Positions 1 to 10,525 of a stretch of DNA of 64,000 nt are shown piece by piece. The stretch is from Lachnospiraceae bacterium. Lineage in GTDB: Bacteria > Bacillota > Clostridia > Lachnospirales > Lachnospiraceae. A program made the position numbers and the translations under genes. Location of the stretch: NCBI GenBank assembly GCA_900767585.1, contig CAAFZP010000097.1, positions 22,694-86,693 of the forward strand. The letters are read 5' to 3'. Each line of letters begins with the position of its first letter. Within the stretch, counting starts at the first letter, position 1. The notes below the pieces were generated by a model. That model did no database searches. It had not been told where the DNA came from and saw only the letters and a list, made by a program, of their open reading frames with translations.

Positions 1-181
1 TTTCTTTCTATAATTACAATATATAATATGAATACCGTTTATAACTTGTGGTTATAGTTTAGATATGCTATATTAAATCCAGCTGAAATTATTTATAATA
101 TGAAAATGGAATATTATCTATATGAAATATTCCAATGTTATAAGAAAGATTCGTTCACATGGAAAGAAATGAGAGGATGTT

Positions 182-1213
182 ATGTTTGATAATCTGAATT
201 ATTACAGAGTCTTTTATACCGTTGCAAATACCGGAAATATCAGCAAAGCCGCTGATATGCTGTTTATCAGCCAGCCTGCGATCTCGAAAGCAATCTCCAA
301 GCTTGAGGACGGACTGCATGTGAAGCTCTTTTTGCGTTCTTCCAAAGGTGTGACGCTGACGGACGAGGGACAGGTATTGTATAATCATATCGAGAAGGCA
401 TTTTCAAATATCTCACAGGGTGAAGATGAAATACGACATATCCACGAACTTGGCATTGGACAATTAAAGGTTGGCGTCAGCACTTCGCTTTGCAAACATA
501 TTTTATTAGACAAGCTGCAGGTCTTTATCTCTGAAAATCCCCATATCAAGATTATCATCGACTGTCATTCCACTGTCAACACACTAAAGCTTCTAAATGA
601 CGGGCGCATCGACATCGGGCTGATCTGCAAGACAGACATTCCTGCCGGCTTTGAATATCAGGATGTCAGCACAATTCACGACATCTTTGTTGTAAATGAA
701 ACTTACCTCTCCAACCTGCACCTGCGGGAACAGGAAGAGCTGGTGCCGGAGCAAGTAAACCCGTGGCTTTTTGCCGGAAATCTGACCGGCATTATGGGGA
801 ATATACAGGGTACTGGTACAGATGAAAGCCGAAAGAATAGCAGCCTGTCTGTACAATCCGAAAATGAAGCCGGATTTGCCATGAAAGATATTTTGGAAAA
901 ATCAAATCTGATGTTACTGGAAAAGAATAATATTACACGAACACATATTGATGATTATCTGGAATCCGAGGGCATTCACCCTCAGCAGATCCTCGAAGTA
1001 AATAATATGGATCTGCTGATTGACTTTGCAGCCATCGGTATGGGCGTTGCCAGTGTCGTACGGGAGTTTGCAACGGACTATCTGGTTTCCGGGCAGATCT
1101 TAGAGCTTCCGCTCTCCCACCCGGTTGCGGAGCGTACTGTCGGGTTCGTGTACCCGAAGAGCCGAGAAAAGTCAGAGGTGTTAAGAAAGTTTCTGGGGAT
1201 GTGGGAATGCTAA
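182..1213 (+). CDS. LysR-family transcriptional regulator
   Basis: N-terminal winged HTH typical of LysR (ISQPAISKAISKLE) and a C-terminal substrate-binding domain. GAGAGG lies before the ATG. Confidence 0.85.
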   Translation: MFDNLNYYRVFYTVANTGNISKAADMLFISQPAISKAISKLEDGLHVKLFLRSSKGVTLTDEGQVLYNHIEKAFSNISQGEDEIRHIHELGIGQLKVGVSTSLCKHILLDKLQVFISENPHIKIIIDCHSTVNTLKLLNDGRIDIGLICKTDIPAGFEYQDVSTIHDIFVVNETYLSNLHLREQEELVPEQVNPWLFAGNLTGIMGNIQGTGTDESRKNSSLSVQSENEAGFAMKDILEKSNLMLLEKNNITRTHIDDYLESEGIHPQQILEVNNMDLLIDFAAIGMGVASVVREFATDYLVSGQILELPLSHPVAERTVGFVYPKSREKSEVLRKFLGMWEC

Positions 1214-1605
1214 ATTCCCATCTTCTTCATCAACGCCTCTTGAAGCACCTGAGAAAAATTTATATCATGCTCCATCGCTGCTTCATTTAACCATTCCGGG
1301 ATGCTAAGTGTTTTCTTCACAGATTTTGTGTTGTGTTTTTTCCTGTACTGTACCAGATCAAATTCAATCAAGCAGGAAAAATCGCCCTCCTGTAATATAT
1401 AATCCACAGGAGCAGATACTTCCGGCAACGATTCTTCGTTTTTCAGCCGGTCATCAATGCATAATCCCATTGCCTCTACCGCCATCTCGTACGCTTCTTC
1501 CATTGTTTCTCCCTGTGTCATACATTCCGGAAAGTCTGGAAATGAAATCCAATAACCACCCTTCTTGTCGTTATGAAATATAGCCGGATAAAAATAATGA
1601 TGCAT
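1210..1605 (-). CDS. hicB: Type II antitoxin HicB (UPF0150 fold, RHH-like C-terminal domain)
   Basis: The motif GGYWISFPDFPECMTQGETMEEA is HicB-like, and the C-terminal KTLSIPEWLNEAA looks like a ribbon-helix-helix. The gene starts 3 nt downstream of hicA. Confidence 0.75.
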   Translation of the reverse strand: MHHYFYPAIFHNDKKGGYWISFPDFPECMTQGETMEEAYEMAVEAMGLCIDDRLKNEESLPEVSAPVDYILQEGDFSCLIEFDLVQYRKKHNTKSVKKTLSIPEWLNEAAMEHDINFSQVLQEALMKKMGI

Positions 1606-1607
1606 AG

Positions 1608-1805
1608 TTATTTCTCCTCCTTTATTCCTGCCTGTTTTAATATTGCCTGTTCTAAACCTGTTTTCAAATCTTTACAATGATATGGCACAATCACTGTTTT
1701 GTGCGTTTCTTTATTCGTTAATTTCACATGTGATCCATTTTGCGATATAATTTCAAATCCATGTTTCTTCAGTTTTTTGATCATTGCTTTTGATGTTGTT
1801 GGCAT
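1608..1805 (-). CDS. hicA: Type II toxin HicA (YcfA-like mRNA interferase)
   Basis: 65 aa, MPTTSKAMIKKLKKHGFEIISQNGSHVKL..., ATG at 1803-1805 with AAAGGAGAA upstream. The longer 171-aa ORF in the track is only an upstream read-through of the repeats. Confidence 0.75.
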   Translation of the reverse strand: MPTTSKAMIKKLKKHGFEIISQNGSHVKLTNKETHKTVIVPYHCKDLKTGLEQAILKQAGIKEEK

Positions 1806-1876
1806 ATTGTTCTCCTTTTTATTATTGTATACGTATTTATACGTATTGTCAATAAAAAAAGAGGGAATGTAATAAT

Positions 1877-2154
1877 CTGAGCACGCAGTCGCAAGATGCT
1901 TCGCATCTTGCCGACTATGGTGCTTCGCACAGAATAATAAACTGAGCAACGCTACTTCGCTTTCGCTTCGCTCCAGCTCAGTATGTTGCTTCGCAACATT
2001 GTATATAATAACCTGTGCAACGCAGTCGGCAAGATGCTTCGCATCTTGCCGACTATGGTGCTTCGCACCATAGAAATAGAAAAAGACAGCCATGCGTGGT
2101 TTTCTGCGAGCAGAACCACGCATGGCTGTCTTTTTCTGTTTCTGCGTTGCTCAG
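1877..2154. repeat. Composite palindromic repeat (MITE/REP-like) with a 40-bp exact direct repeat and 11-bp terminal inverted repeats
   Basis: Positions 1891-1930 and 2029-2068 are identical. ctgagcaacgc (1942-1952) and gcgttgctcag (2144-2154) are reverse complements. There are at least five short palindromes, all centred on GCTTCGC. Confidence 0.6.
2080..2136 (-). terminator. Bidirectional rho-independent terminator downstream of groEL
   Basis: A 17-bp perfect stem (gacagccatgcgtggtt / aaccacgcatggctgtc) is flanked by an A-run and a T-run. Confidence 0.8.
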
Positions 2155-2158
2155 GTTA

Positions 2159-3859
<1,701 letters not shown>

Positions 3860-3948
3860 TTACCTTTCTGTAGGTACTGCCCCCTCGCTACGCTCAGCGG
3901 CATGTCGGCGGTGCCATCCTGAATGGAACTTCGTTCCATGGGCACCTC

Positions 3949-4233
3949 TTACTGAACGATTGCAAGAATATCTGCCTGCTTCACAATGATGTACTCATCA
4001 TCCCCAAGCTTTACTTCTGTTCCTGCATATCTTGAATAGATTACTTTATCGCCAGCCTTTACTTCCATCGGAACCTTCTCGCCATCTACAACAGCGCCAG
4101 GGCCAACTTCAACGACCTCTGCATACTGTGGTTTTTCCTGTGACTGTGTCGGAAGAACGATACCTGATTTTGTCGTCTCTTCTGCAACGGACTGCTTCAA
4201 TACAACTCTGTCTCCTAATGGTGTTAACTTCAT
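3949..4233 (-). CDS. groES: Co-chaperonin GroES (10 kDa)
   Basis: MKLTPLGDRVVLKQ...; 94 aa. Confidence 0.95.
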   Translation of the reverse strand: MKLTPLGDRVVLKQSVAEETTKSGIVLPTQSQEKPQYAEVVEVGPGAVVDGEKVPMEVKAGDKVIYSRYAGTEVKLGDDEYIIVKQADILAIVQ

Positions 4234-4261
4234 AATATACCCGACCTCCTAATTTTTACTT

Positions 4262-4288
4262 TTAGCACTCATATTGGTTGAGTGCTAA
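4262..4288 (-). promoter_or_regulatory. CIRCE operator (HrcA binding site) for groESL
   Basis: TTAGCACTC-N9-GAGTGCTAA, a perfect consensus inverted repeat. Confidence 0.9.
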
Positions 4289-4298
4289 CATAATTCTT

Positions 4299-4326
4299 AT
4301 TGTACTCATTTTTTTGAAAAAATCAA
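4299..4326 (-). promoter_or_regulatory. SigA-type promoter of groESL
   Basis: On the minus strand: -35 TTGATT, a 16-nt spacer, then -10 TACAAT, immediately upstream of CIRCE. Confidence 0.6.
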
Positions 4327-4418
4327 CCCCTAATTTGCAAATTTAACCAAATGAACACAATTTGCCGGACAGCCTGTAAATAATGTATGACTGCCGCATT
4401 GGTTTTATGACATAACAA

Positions 4419-4457
4419 CAAAAAACAGACAGAAAAGTATGTAACTCTTCTGCCTGT
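4419..4457 (-). terminator. Rho-independent terminator after the Cys-rich gene
   Basis: An imperfect 9-bp stem followed by TTTTTTGTTG on the minus strand. Confidence 0.5.
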
Positions 4458-4468
4458 ATTCTACTCTG

Positions 4469-5188
4469 TTACGATTCTATAATTGTATGATTGGTCTTGA
4501 TAATCCCCCGCGGCAGCGAATCCTTTGCATTCTTCCACGGCTCGTCCTTATACCGGTAATCAAATTTATCGATAAACCAGCCAATGTCACCATTCACCCG
4601 CTCCATGCCATCAAAATATGTCTTGTTCAAAACCTCCTGAAATTCTGCATAGGCATCCTTCGGAAGCTTCACACTGCCCGCATCATACAAAACTCCGTAA
4701 TGATAGTTACAAAAACCTTTACAATCAGCAAATTTTTCCCGAAACTCCGGTTCCTTCTTCCACAGATGAAAAATCGTATCGATATACCGCATGGATGTCT
4801 CCTTCATCCGGTTGCAGATAAAGCAGGAATCCTCAAGACGTTTGATATAGTCACTAACCGAAGAGCTCGCCTGCTTCTTGAAAAGACCTCCCGACACAAC
4901 CGGCTTTCCGCTGCTTAATGCCTTCAAGTCCCGAATCGTCTTATCCGTGTGTGTCTTTAGCATCAGCGCAAGTCCCAGCCGGTTTTTCTCCGCATAAAGC
5001 ATCCGCACATGGTGCGCGCAGAAGCCCTGTTCATCTGTCATTGCCCGGTTGTCATCCTCCATGTAGCTTGGACCCATCGTATATTCGATGGCATTTCGTT
5101 CTAATTGCCGGTTCATCTCACAGATCGGGCACTCACAATCTGTTGTAAATGCATCATTGACCGGAATCGTATACAGCTGTTCTGCCAT
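4469..5188 (-). CDS. Cysteine-rich hypothetical protein with an internal duplication (possibly DUF6062-like, putative zinc binding)
   Basis: Two homologous halves (DCECPIC...GFCAHH and CFICNRM...GFCNYH). The start is taken at MAEQ because a GGAGGG precedes it. Confidence 0.6.
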   Translation of the reverse strand: MAEQLYTIPVNDAFTTDCECPICEMNRQLERNAIEYTMGPSYMEDDNRAMTDEQGFCAHHVRMLYAEKNRLGLALMLKTHTDKTIRDLKALSSGKPVVSGGLFKKQASSSVSDYIKRLEDSCFICNRMKETSMRYIDTIFHLWKKEPEFREKFADCKGFCNYHYGVLYDAGSVKLPKDAYAEFQEVLNKTYFDGMERVNGDIGWFIDKFDYRYKDEPWKNAKDSLPRGIIKTNHTIIES

Positions 5189-5221
5189 TTCTCGTCCCTC
5201 CATTTTTATCTTATTTTGCAC

Positions 5222-5256
5222 AAAAAGAGCACAGCGGTTTCGTTGTGCTCTTTTTT
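5222..5256. terminator. Bidirectional terminator hairpin
   Basis: agagcaca-N10-tgtgctct, flanked by an A-run and a T-run. Confidence 0.6.
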
Positions 5257-5258
5257 AC

Positions 5259-5906
5259 TTAGTTTACAATATAATCACCTGTCTCTGTATCTCTGTGGAA
5301 ATGCAATCGCAGGAAATTACGGTAATTGCGCATTTTCCCTTCGTAGAGTGTTTCAAGCATATCACACGTCCGGAAATCGCGCGGACAGGTAAGTCCCGGT
5401 TTCTTTCCGAAAAGCGGTACTCCCGCTTTCTTCAAAACAAAAGAAACAAACTGCGAGCAGAAATAATTATATCTGCGTTCGACAGACCAATGGCACATCA
5501 CTCCAAGTATTCCAAGGTAATTGTACCGGTATATCGCCTTTTCACTTTTAAAATCGTCCAGTATTTTCAGTATTTTTTCATATTGTTCTTTCGTTACACG
5601 CAACCGGCTGACACGACAGGTTGTCTGTGTATCTCTGCCGAACACACCAGTTGTAATATCCTCATTAATAAACCCGCAATCAAACGGATTATGTAAACGC
5701 TTCCTTGCAAAACTGTACATTTCCTTTAATTCCACATCTAACGCAAGTGATGTATGCGCATATGGCTCCCGTGTCCACATCTTAATCACATTGGACGGAA
5801 GTGTCTGTGTCTTGGAAAGTACTATATAAATATTATAGTTTTTTTCCTCGGAATCGTAGACATGCAAAGGAAACTCTCTCATCATACTATTTGCATCCAT
5901 ACCCAA
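5259..5906 (-). CDS. Hypothetical protein, possibly a permuted papain-fold (YiiX/C92-like) hydrolase
   Basis: A histidine (YAHTSL) precedes a cysteine (YFCSQFVSF), consistent with a permuted Cys-His arrangement. The family assignment is tentative. Confidence 0.5.
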   Translation of the reverse strand: MGMDANSMMREFPLHVYDSEEKNYNIYIVLSKTQTLPSNVIKMWTREPYAHTSLALDVELKEMYSFARKRLHNPFDCGFINEDITTGVFGRDTQTTCRVSRLRVTKEQYEKILKILDDFKSEKAIYRYNYLGILGVMCHWSVERRYNYFCSQFVSFVLKKAGVPLFGKKPGLTCPRDFRTCDMLETLYEGKMRNYRNFLRLHFHRDTETGDYIVN

Positions 5907-5936
5907 TCATCCTGTTAATACAGGATATGCTCCACC

Positions 5937-6800
5937 TCAATTTTTGTTCTTGATACTCTCCCGGATTAATTCCTTTATCTTAAGCGCTTCATCCTTCATA
6001 CGTGAAGACGCTGTCCTGGATGTAATCACATCCGAAAGCAGGCGTAATGCCTCTTCATTTCTGCCAAGTCTGCGTGCCAGGTCTGCCAAAAGATAATTGA
6101 GTGTATTTTCATCCATTCCTGCAATTGGAAATGTCTCCGTCGAAACAGCCTGCAAAAAGCCTTCATACGCATTTTTCAGGCATTCCAGTTCGTCTCCATA
6201 TAGCGACCGTATCTCCTCCGGCCGGATTTCTTTCGGCTTTGATGTCAGAGACTGTCGTTTTCCACGCAGCACCCAGGCATACTTCAAACACGTATATGCC
6301 CGCTCGCTGCTTTTTGCTTTCTTCACGATTGCAGTGACAAGCGCAAGCTGATAACGTGTAACAGCATCGTCATATGTAAATATCTCTTTGTCGGATGACG
6401 AATCAAAGCCGCTAAACTTTAATCCGATCTGTTCTTTGATATCTTTGATCTGACGGTCCATCAATTTTCCAAAATACCGGTTAAGCGCAGAATATCCACA
6501 CCGGTCACATGTAATCACATCATATTTTATCGGATCGACATTTTGGTAGATCGGTCGTAAATCAGAATCTTTTCCTTCCAGCCTTGTCTTGCCTGCACGC
6601 ACACATTTTGTTTTAAATGTCAGGTTACAGACCGGGCATTCTATCGTTTTTTCAAACAACGCTTCTTTTTCTAATTCTTCCGGTGTCTTTTCCGGCAGAA
6701 CAGTTGTTTCCTTTTTGTCTGTTATCGATTCATGTTCCAGTATTTTTGATTCATCATAACCGCTAAGCCCCAAACCTCCGACAGCAGAAAAAATACTCAT
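5937..6800 (-). CDS. DUF2225-like protein (zinc ribbon plus TPR-like helical domain)
   Basis: CPVCN...CDRCG zinc-ribbon pairs, then a helical C-terminal domain. It sits 30 nt upstream of the previous gene, so it is probably co-transcribed with it. Confidence 0.6.
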   Translation of the reverse strand: MSIFSAVGGLGLSGYDESKILEHESITDKKETTVLPEKTPEELEKEALFEKTIECPVCNLTFKTKCVRAGKTRLEGKDSDLRPIYQNVDPIKYDVITCDRCGYSALNRYFGKLMDRQIKDIKEQIGLKFSGFDSSSDKEIFTYDDAVTRYQLALVTAIVKKAKSSERAYTCLKYAWVLRGKRQSLTSKPKEIRPEEIRSLYGDELECLKNAYEGFLQAVSTETFPIAGMDENTLNYLLADLARRLGRNEEALRLLSDVITSRTASSRMKDEALKIKELIRESIKNKN

Positions 6801-6835
6801 ATACTTCCCTCCCGTACCTTTTCCGGCATTCCATC

Positions 6836-8503
6836 CTATTTTCCAGGCTTATAGGAACTCTTCAACGATACAATCCGGTTAAATACCAATTGTTCGTCGG
6901 TCGAGTCTTTCGCATCTACGCAAAAATACCCATGCCGCAGGAACTGGAATTTGTCTCCCGGTTTTGCATCACCAAGTGCCTTCTCTAGCTTGCAATTTTT
7001 CAGGACTGTCAGTGAATTCGGATTGTAATTCAATGTGCCATCCTCATTCAACTTTCCTTTTTCTTCATCAACGATATTCTCATACAGACGCACTTCCGCA
7101 TCGACAGCACTTTCTGCGGATACCCAATGAATCGTTCCTTTGACTTTTCTACCCTCAAAACCGGAACCACTTCGTGTCTCCGGATCATACGTACAATGAA
7201 TCTCCGTAACGACTCCATTTTCATCTTTCTTATAATCTATACATTTTACAAAATATGCACCCTTTAAGCGAACTTCATTTCCTGGGAATAACCGGAAATA
7301 TTTCTTTGGTGGTTCTTCCATAAAATCTTCGCGGTCAATGTATAACTCTCTGGAAAACGCAACCTGGCGCTTGCCTGCAGCTTCATCCTCCTGGTTATTA
7401 TCGATATCAAAATATTCAACCTGTCCCTCCGGATAGTTGTCAATCACAAGTTTTATCGGATCAAGCACAGCCATCATACGATCTGACTTGAATCTCAAAT
7501 CCTCGCGGATACAATACTCAAGCATCGCATAATCAACCGAACTCTGTGACTTGGATACACCAACCATCTCCATAAACATCTTGATGGATTCCGGCGTAAA
7601 TCCCCGTCTGCGGAGTGCTGCTATCGAAACCAGTCGTGGGTCATCCCAGCCATCCACGATACCATCTTCCACCAGTTTCTTGATATAACGCTTTCCCGTT
7701 ACCACATTTGTCAGATACAGCTTTGCAAACTCAATCTGTCTCGGTGGATTTTTATATTCAAGTTCATGCACAACCCAGTCATACAGCGGTCTGTGATCCT
7801 CGAACTCCAATGTACAGATTGAATGTGTGATTCCTTCCTCTGCATCTTCGATTGGATGGGCAAAATCATACATCGGGTAGATACACCACTTGTCGCCTGT
7901 ATTGTGATGTGTCATACGCGCAATACGATAAATGACAGGATCACGCATGTTAATATTCGGGCTTGCCATATCAATCTTCGCACGGAGTACTTTGCTTCCA
8001 TCCGGATATTCTCCGTTCTTCATTCTTTCAAATAATTCCAGGTTTTCTTCCACACTGCGGTCTCTATACGGACTGTTCTTCCCTGGCTCTTTTAAAGTCC
8101 CACGGTATGCGCGGATTTCGTCTGCCGAAAGATCGCAGACATAAGCTTTTCCTTTTTTGATCAGCTTGATGGCTGCCTTATACATGGCATCAAAATAATT
8201 CGACGCAAAGTAAATCGTATCACCATAATCGGCGCCAAGCCACTTGATATCATCAATGATAGACTGTACATACTCTGTCTTTTCTTTTGTTGGGTTTGTG
8301 TCATCAAACCGGAAATGAAATGTACCGCCATATTCCTTTGCAAGACCATAATTCAGCAATATAGACTTTGCGTGTCCGATATGCAGATATCCGTTTGGTT
8401 CTGGCGGAAAACGCGTTACAACTTCTGTATATTTTCCTTGTGCTAAATCTTTGTCAATTTCCTGTTCAATAAAATTCTTTGAAACTGTTGCTTCACCTTC
8501 CAT
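6836..8503 (-). CDS. glnS: Glutamine--tRNA ligase
   Basis: [18 protein letters not shown] (HIGH motif) and a VSKS motif. Strong resemblance to GlnRS throughout. Confidence 0.93.
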   Translation of the reverse strand: MEGEATVSKNFIEQEIDKDLAQGKYTEVVTRFPPEPNGYLHIGHAKSILLNYGLAKEYGGTFHFRFDDTNPTKEKTEYVQSIIDDIKWLGADYGDTIYFASNYFDAMYKAAIKLIKKGKAYVCDLSADEIRAYRGTLKEPGKNSPYRDRSVEENLELFERMKNGEYPDGSKVLRAKIDMASPNINMRDPVIYRIARMTHHNTGDKWCIYPMYDFAHPIEDAEEGITHSICTLEFEDHRPLYDWVVHELEYKNPPRQIEFAKLYLTNVVTGKRYIKKLVEDGIVDGWDDPRLVSIAALRRRGFTPESIKMFMEMVGVSKSQSSVDYAMLEYCIREDLRFKSDRMMAVLDPIKLVIDNYPEGQVEYFDIDNNQEDEAAGKRQVAFSRELYIDREDFMEEPPKKYFRLFPGNEVRLKGAYFVKCIDYKKDENGVVTEIHCTYDPETRSGSGFEGRKVKGTIHWVSAESAVDAEVRLYENIVDEEKGKLNEDGTLNYNPNSLTVLKNCKLEKALGDAKPGDKFQFLRHGYFCVDAKDSTDEQLVFNRIVSLKSSYKPGK

Positions 8504-8570
8504 GGAACGTACTCCTTTTCATAGATTGCTAATATTTCCTATCATACCATCGTATAGCATTTTCGTCAAT

Positions 8571-10478
8571 TTACTGTTTTTTATCTTCTTTCTTCTCGTC
8601 GGATAACTGCGTTTTTTCTTCTGGTGTCGAAGACGTTTCTGTCTGGGTATCATTTGCAAACACACTATCCTTCTGCGAATCATAATTTGTCATGATCTTA
8701 TTGTTAATCTCCATCGAGCGTTTCTCATAATCCTCATGAGCCAACTCCTTATCAGATTTTTCAACATAGGATTCTCCGCCCGCCATACTTGCTTTAAAAT
8801 CACGATCAACTTCTTCGACCAAAGCGTTCAGTTCCGGATCTTCCGTGAGATTTGAAGAAGCAACAGACTTTTCAATCATATCATTCGCTATTTTTTCTTC
8901 CGGTGTTTGGCTCGTATCAGGAACCGTTTCCTCTGTCACATCCGGTTTTTCCAGACCGAGTTTTTGCAAAAGCTCCGGATTGACATCCTTGTTTGCATTT
9001 GCAAGCTGAGCAATCATATCCTCTGCATCGAGCAATTCTTTATTCAGTTTGTTGATCCGACCCGCAAATATAACAAGGCATGCAACAGCAATCACTAAAA
9101 TTATTATAAGTCCAACGATAATTCCTATCACAACCGGATTTTTGAACGGACTTTCAGGTGCAGGTGCAGAAGCAGGTACATTTGTCGGTGTCGCCTGGAT
9201 CGGCGTCGCATCTACAATCACCTGTTTGGTCACTGTCATCGGAACATAGCGCAAAAATGCCTGTTCTTTTGCATCGTATTCGTAAAAGCCTTCCTCACCA
9301 TCAATATTGATGGCATAAACCAGATAGATATCTGCATCCGCAATATCTGCAGACTGATATGCCTTTACTTTACTTTCACCAATTTTTACTGTAGTCTCCG
9401 CGAAGCCATCCGGTATTTTCACATCACCCGGGACATCCAAAATGATATAGCGGTTATACTGGGAAGAATACTCCTGATATGGTGTGAACTGGTCCTTCTT
9501 TGCATCCATGATAAACCATCCGGTTTCTCCATCCTCATCCTTCAGGCAGACGATTGTAATCTTTTTGTTTGGCGATGTGAAAGAAAGCACATCCCAGTCT
9601 TTATACTTTGTTGTTCCGGCTGTGTATCCTTCCGGAACTTCCAGATTATCTTCGCTCATCACAAAATCGTAGTTTTTTCCATCGATGGTTGCAACCGGAT
9701 CACCAACATCCTCACCAGCGAGAACAGAAATCGTATACACTTTCACAGCACCATTTTCTGCTGTGACAGTGACTTTGACTGTATTCCTGCCTTTCTTTAT
9801 AGAATCTGCGCCGGAAACTGTCGTCGTAGCTTTGCTGTCTGCAGCGGATGCACTGACAACCACACTTGTCACATCCTCATCTACCTGCATAGAGTATGAT
9901 GTACGGTCGGAAGAGAATGCCGGATTCAATTCTCCCGGCGAGACTTGCAGTCCTGCCAGATCACAATCAGATGATTTATCATCTTCCTCCGTTTCTTCTG
10001 TTGTCTGTTCCTCTTTTCCATCTTCGGAATCTTTTTTGTCGTCATTTCCGGATGCAGTCGCAACCGTCACTGTCGCACCAGCATGGGAGATAGAAACTGC
10101 ACTTCCGTTAATATCATAGACATCACTTCCACTCGTCGTGATGTTTCCGCTTCCGTTTGCAATCGCAGTAAAGGAAATTGAAAATGATCCCGCTGCAGTG
10201 CCGCTTGCAGTAATTGTGCCACCGCCGCCATTGATGATAGCACTTCCGCTTGCAGAATTATATTGCAAAACGCTTGAATTATATGATACGTAAATCGTAT
10301 ATGCCGATATCTCCGAACCGCTTATGGAAATCGTTGCAGTCACATTATTGCCTACACTCACTGTCGTTGCAGACAATGCAATCACTACATTTGCTGCCTT
10401 TGCATCTATATGTCCAAAATTCAGGCACATGAAAAGCGCAACAAGTATTGCGAATCCACGTTTTATAAATTGTTTCAT
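8571..10478 (-). CDS. Type I membrane protein: signal peptide, cohesin-like domain, cadherin-like beta-sandwich, one TM helix and an acidic cytoplasmic tail
   Basis: Signal peptide MKQFIKRGFAILVALFMCLNFGHIDAKA. The cohesin-like strand pattern is VVIALSATTVSVGNNVTATISISG...YVSYNSSVLQY. The cadherin-like segment is LAGLQVSPGELNP...VYTISV. The TM helix is VVIGIIVGLIIILVIAVACLVIF, followed by about 170 charged residues. Confidence 0.55.
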   Translation of the reverse strand: MKQFIKRGFAILVALFMCLNFGHIDAKAANVVIALSATTVSVGNNVTATISISGSEISAYTIYVSYNSSVLQYNSASGSAIINGGGGTITASGTAAGSFSISFTAIANGSGNITTSGSDVYDINGSAVSISHAGATVTVATASGNDDKKDSEDGKEEQTTEETEEDDKSSDCDLAGLQVSPGELNPAFSSDRTSYSMQVDEDVTSVVVSASAADSKATTTVSGADSIKKGRNTVKVTVTAENGAVKVYTISVLAGEDVGDPVATIDGKNYDFVMSEDNLEVPEGYTAGTTKYKDWDVLSFTSPNKKITIVCLKDEDGETGWFIMDAKKDQFTPYQEYSSQYNRYIILDVPGDVKIPDGFAETTVKIGESKVKAYQSADIADADIYLVYAINIDGEEGFYEYDAKEQAFLRYVPMTVTKQVIVDATPIQATPTNVPASAPAPESPFKNPVVIGIIVGLIIILVIAVACLVIFAGRINKLNKELLDAEDMIAQLANANKDVNPELLQKLGLEKPDVTEETVPDTSQTPEEKIANDMIEKSVASSNLTEDPELNALVEEVDRDFKASMAGGESYVEKSDKELAHEDYEKRSMEINNKIMTNYDSQKDSVFANDTQTETSSTPEEKTQLSDEKKEDKKQ

Positions 10479-10525
10479 TTTCTCTATACCTCCTGCATAT
10501 TATCAATCGCAAATCTAATAGTTTG

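Noticed and set aside
1806-2123. N-terminal 106-aa extension of the hicA ORF
   Set aside because: It translates the direct repeats (a duplicated AKHHSRQDAKHLA peptide). The real start is the ATG at 1805, which has an RBS.
5088-5696. 202-aa plus-strand ORF
   Set aside because: It is antisense to the His-Cys hydrolase-like gene and to the start of the Cys-rich gene. It has no RBS.
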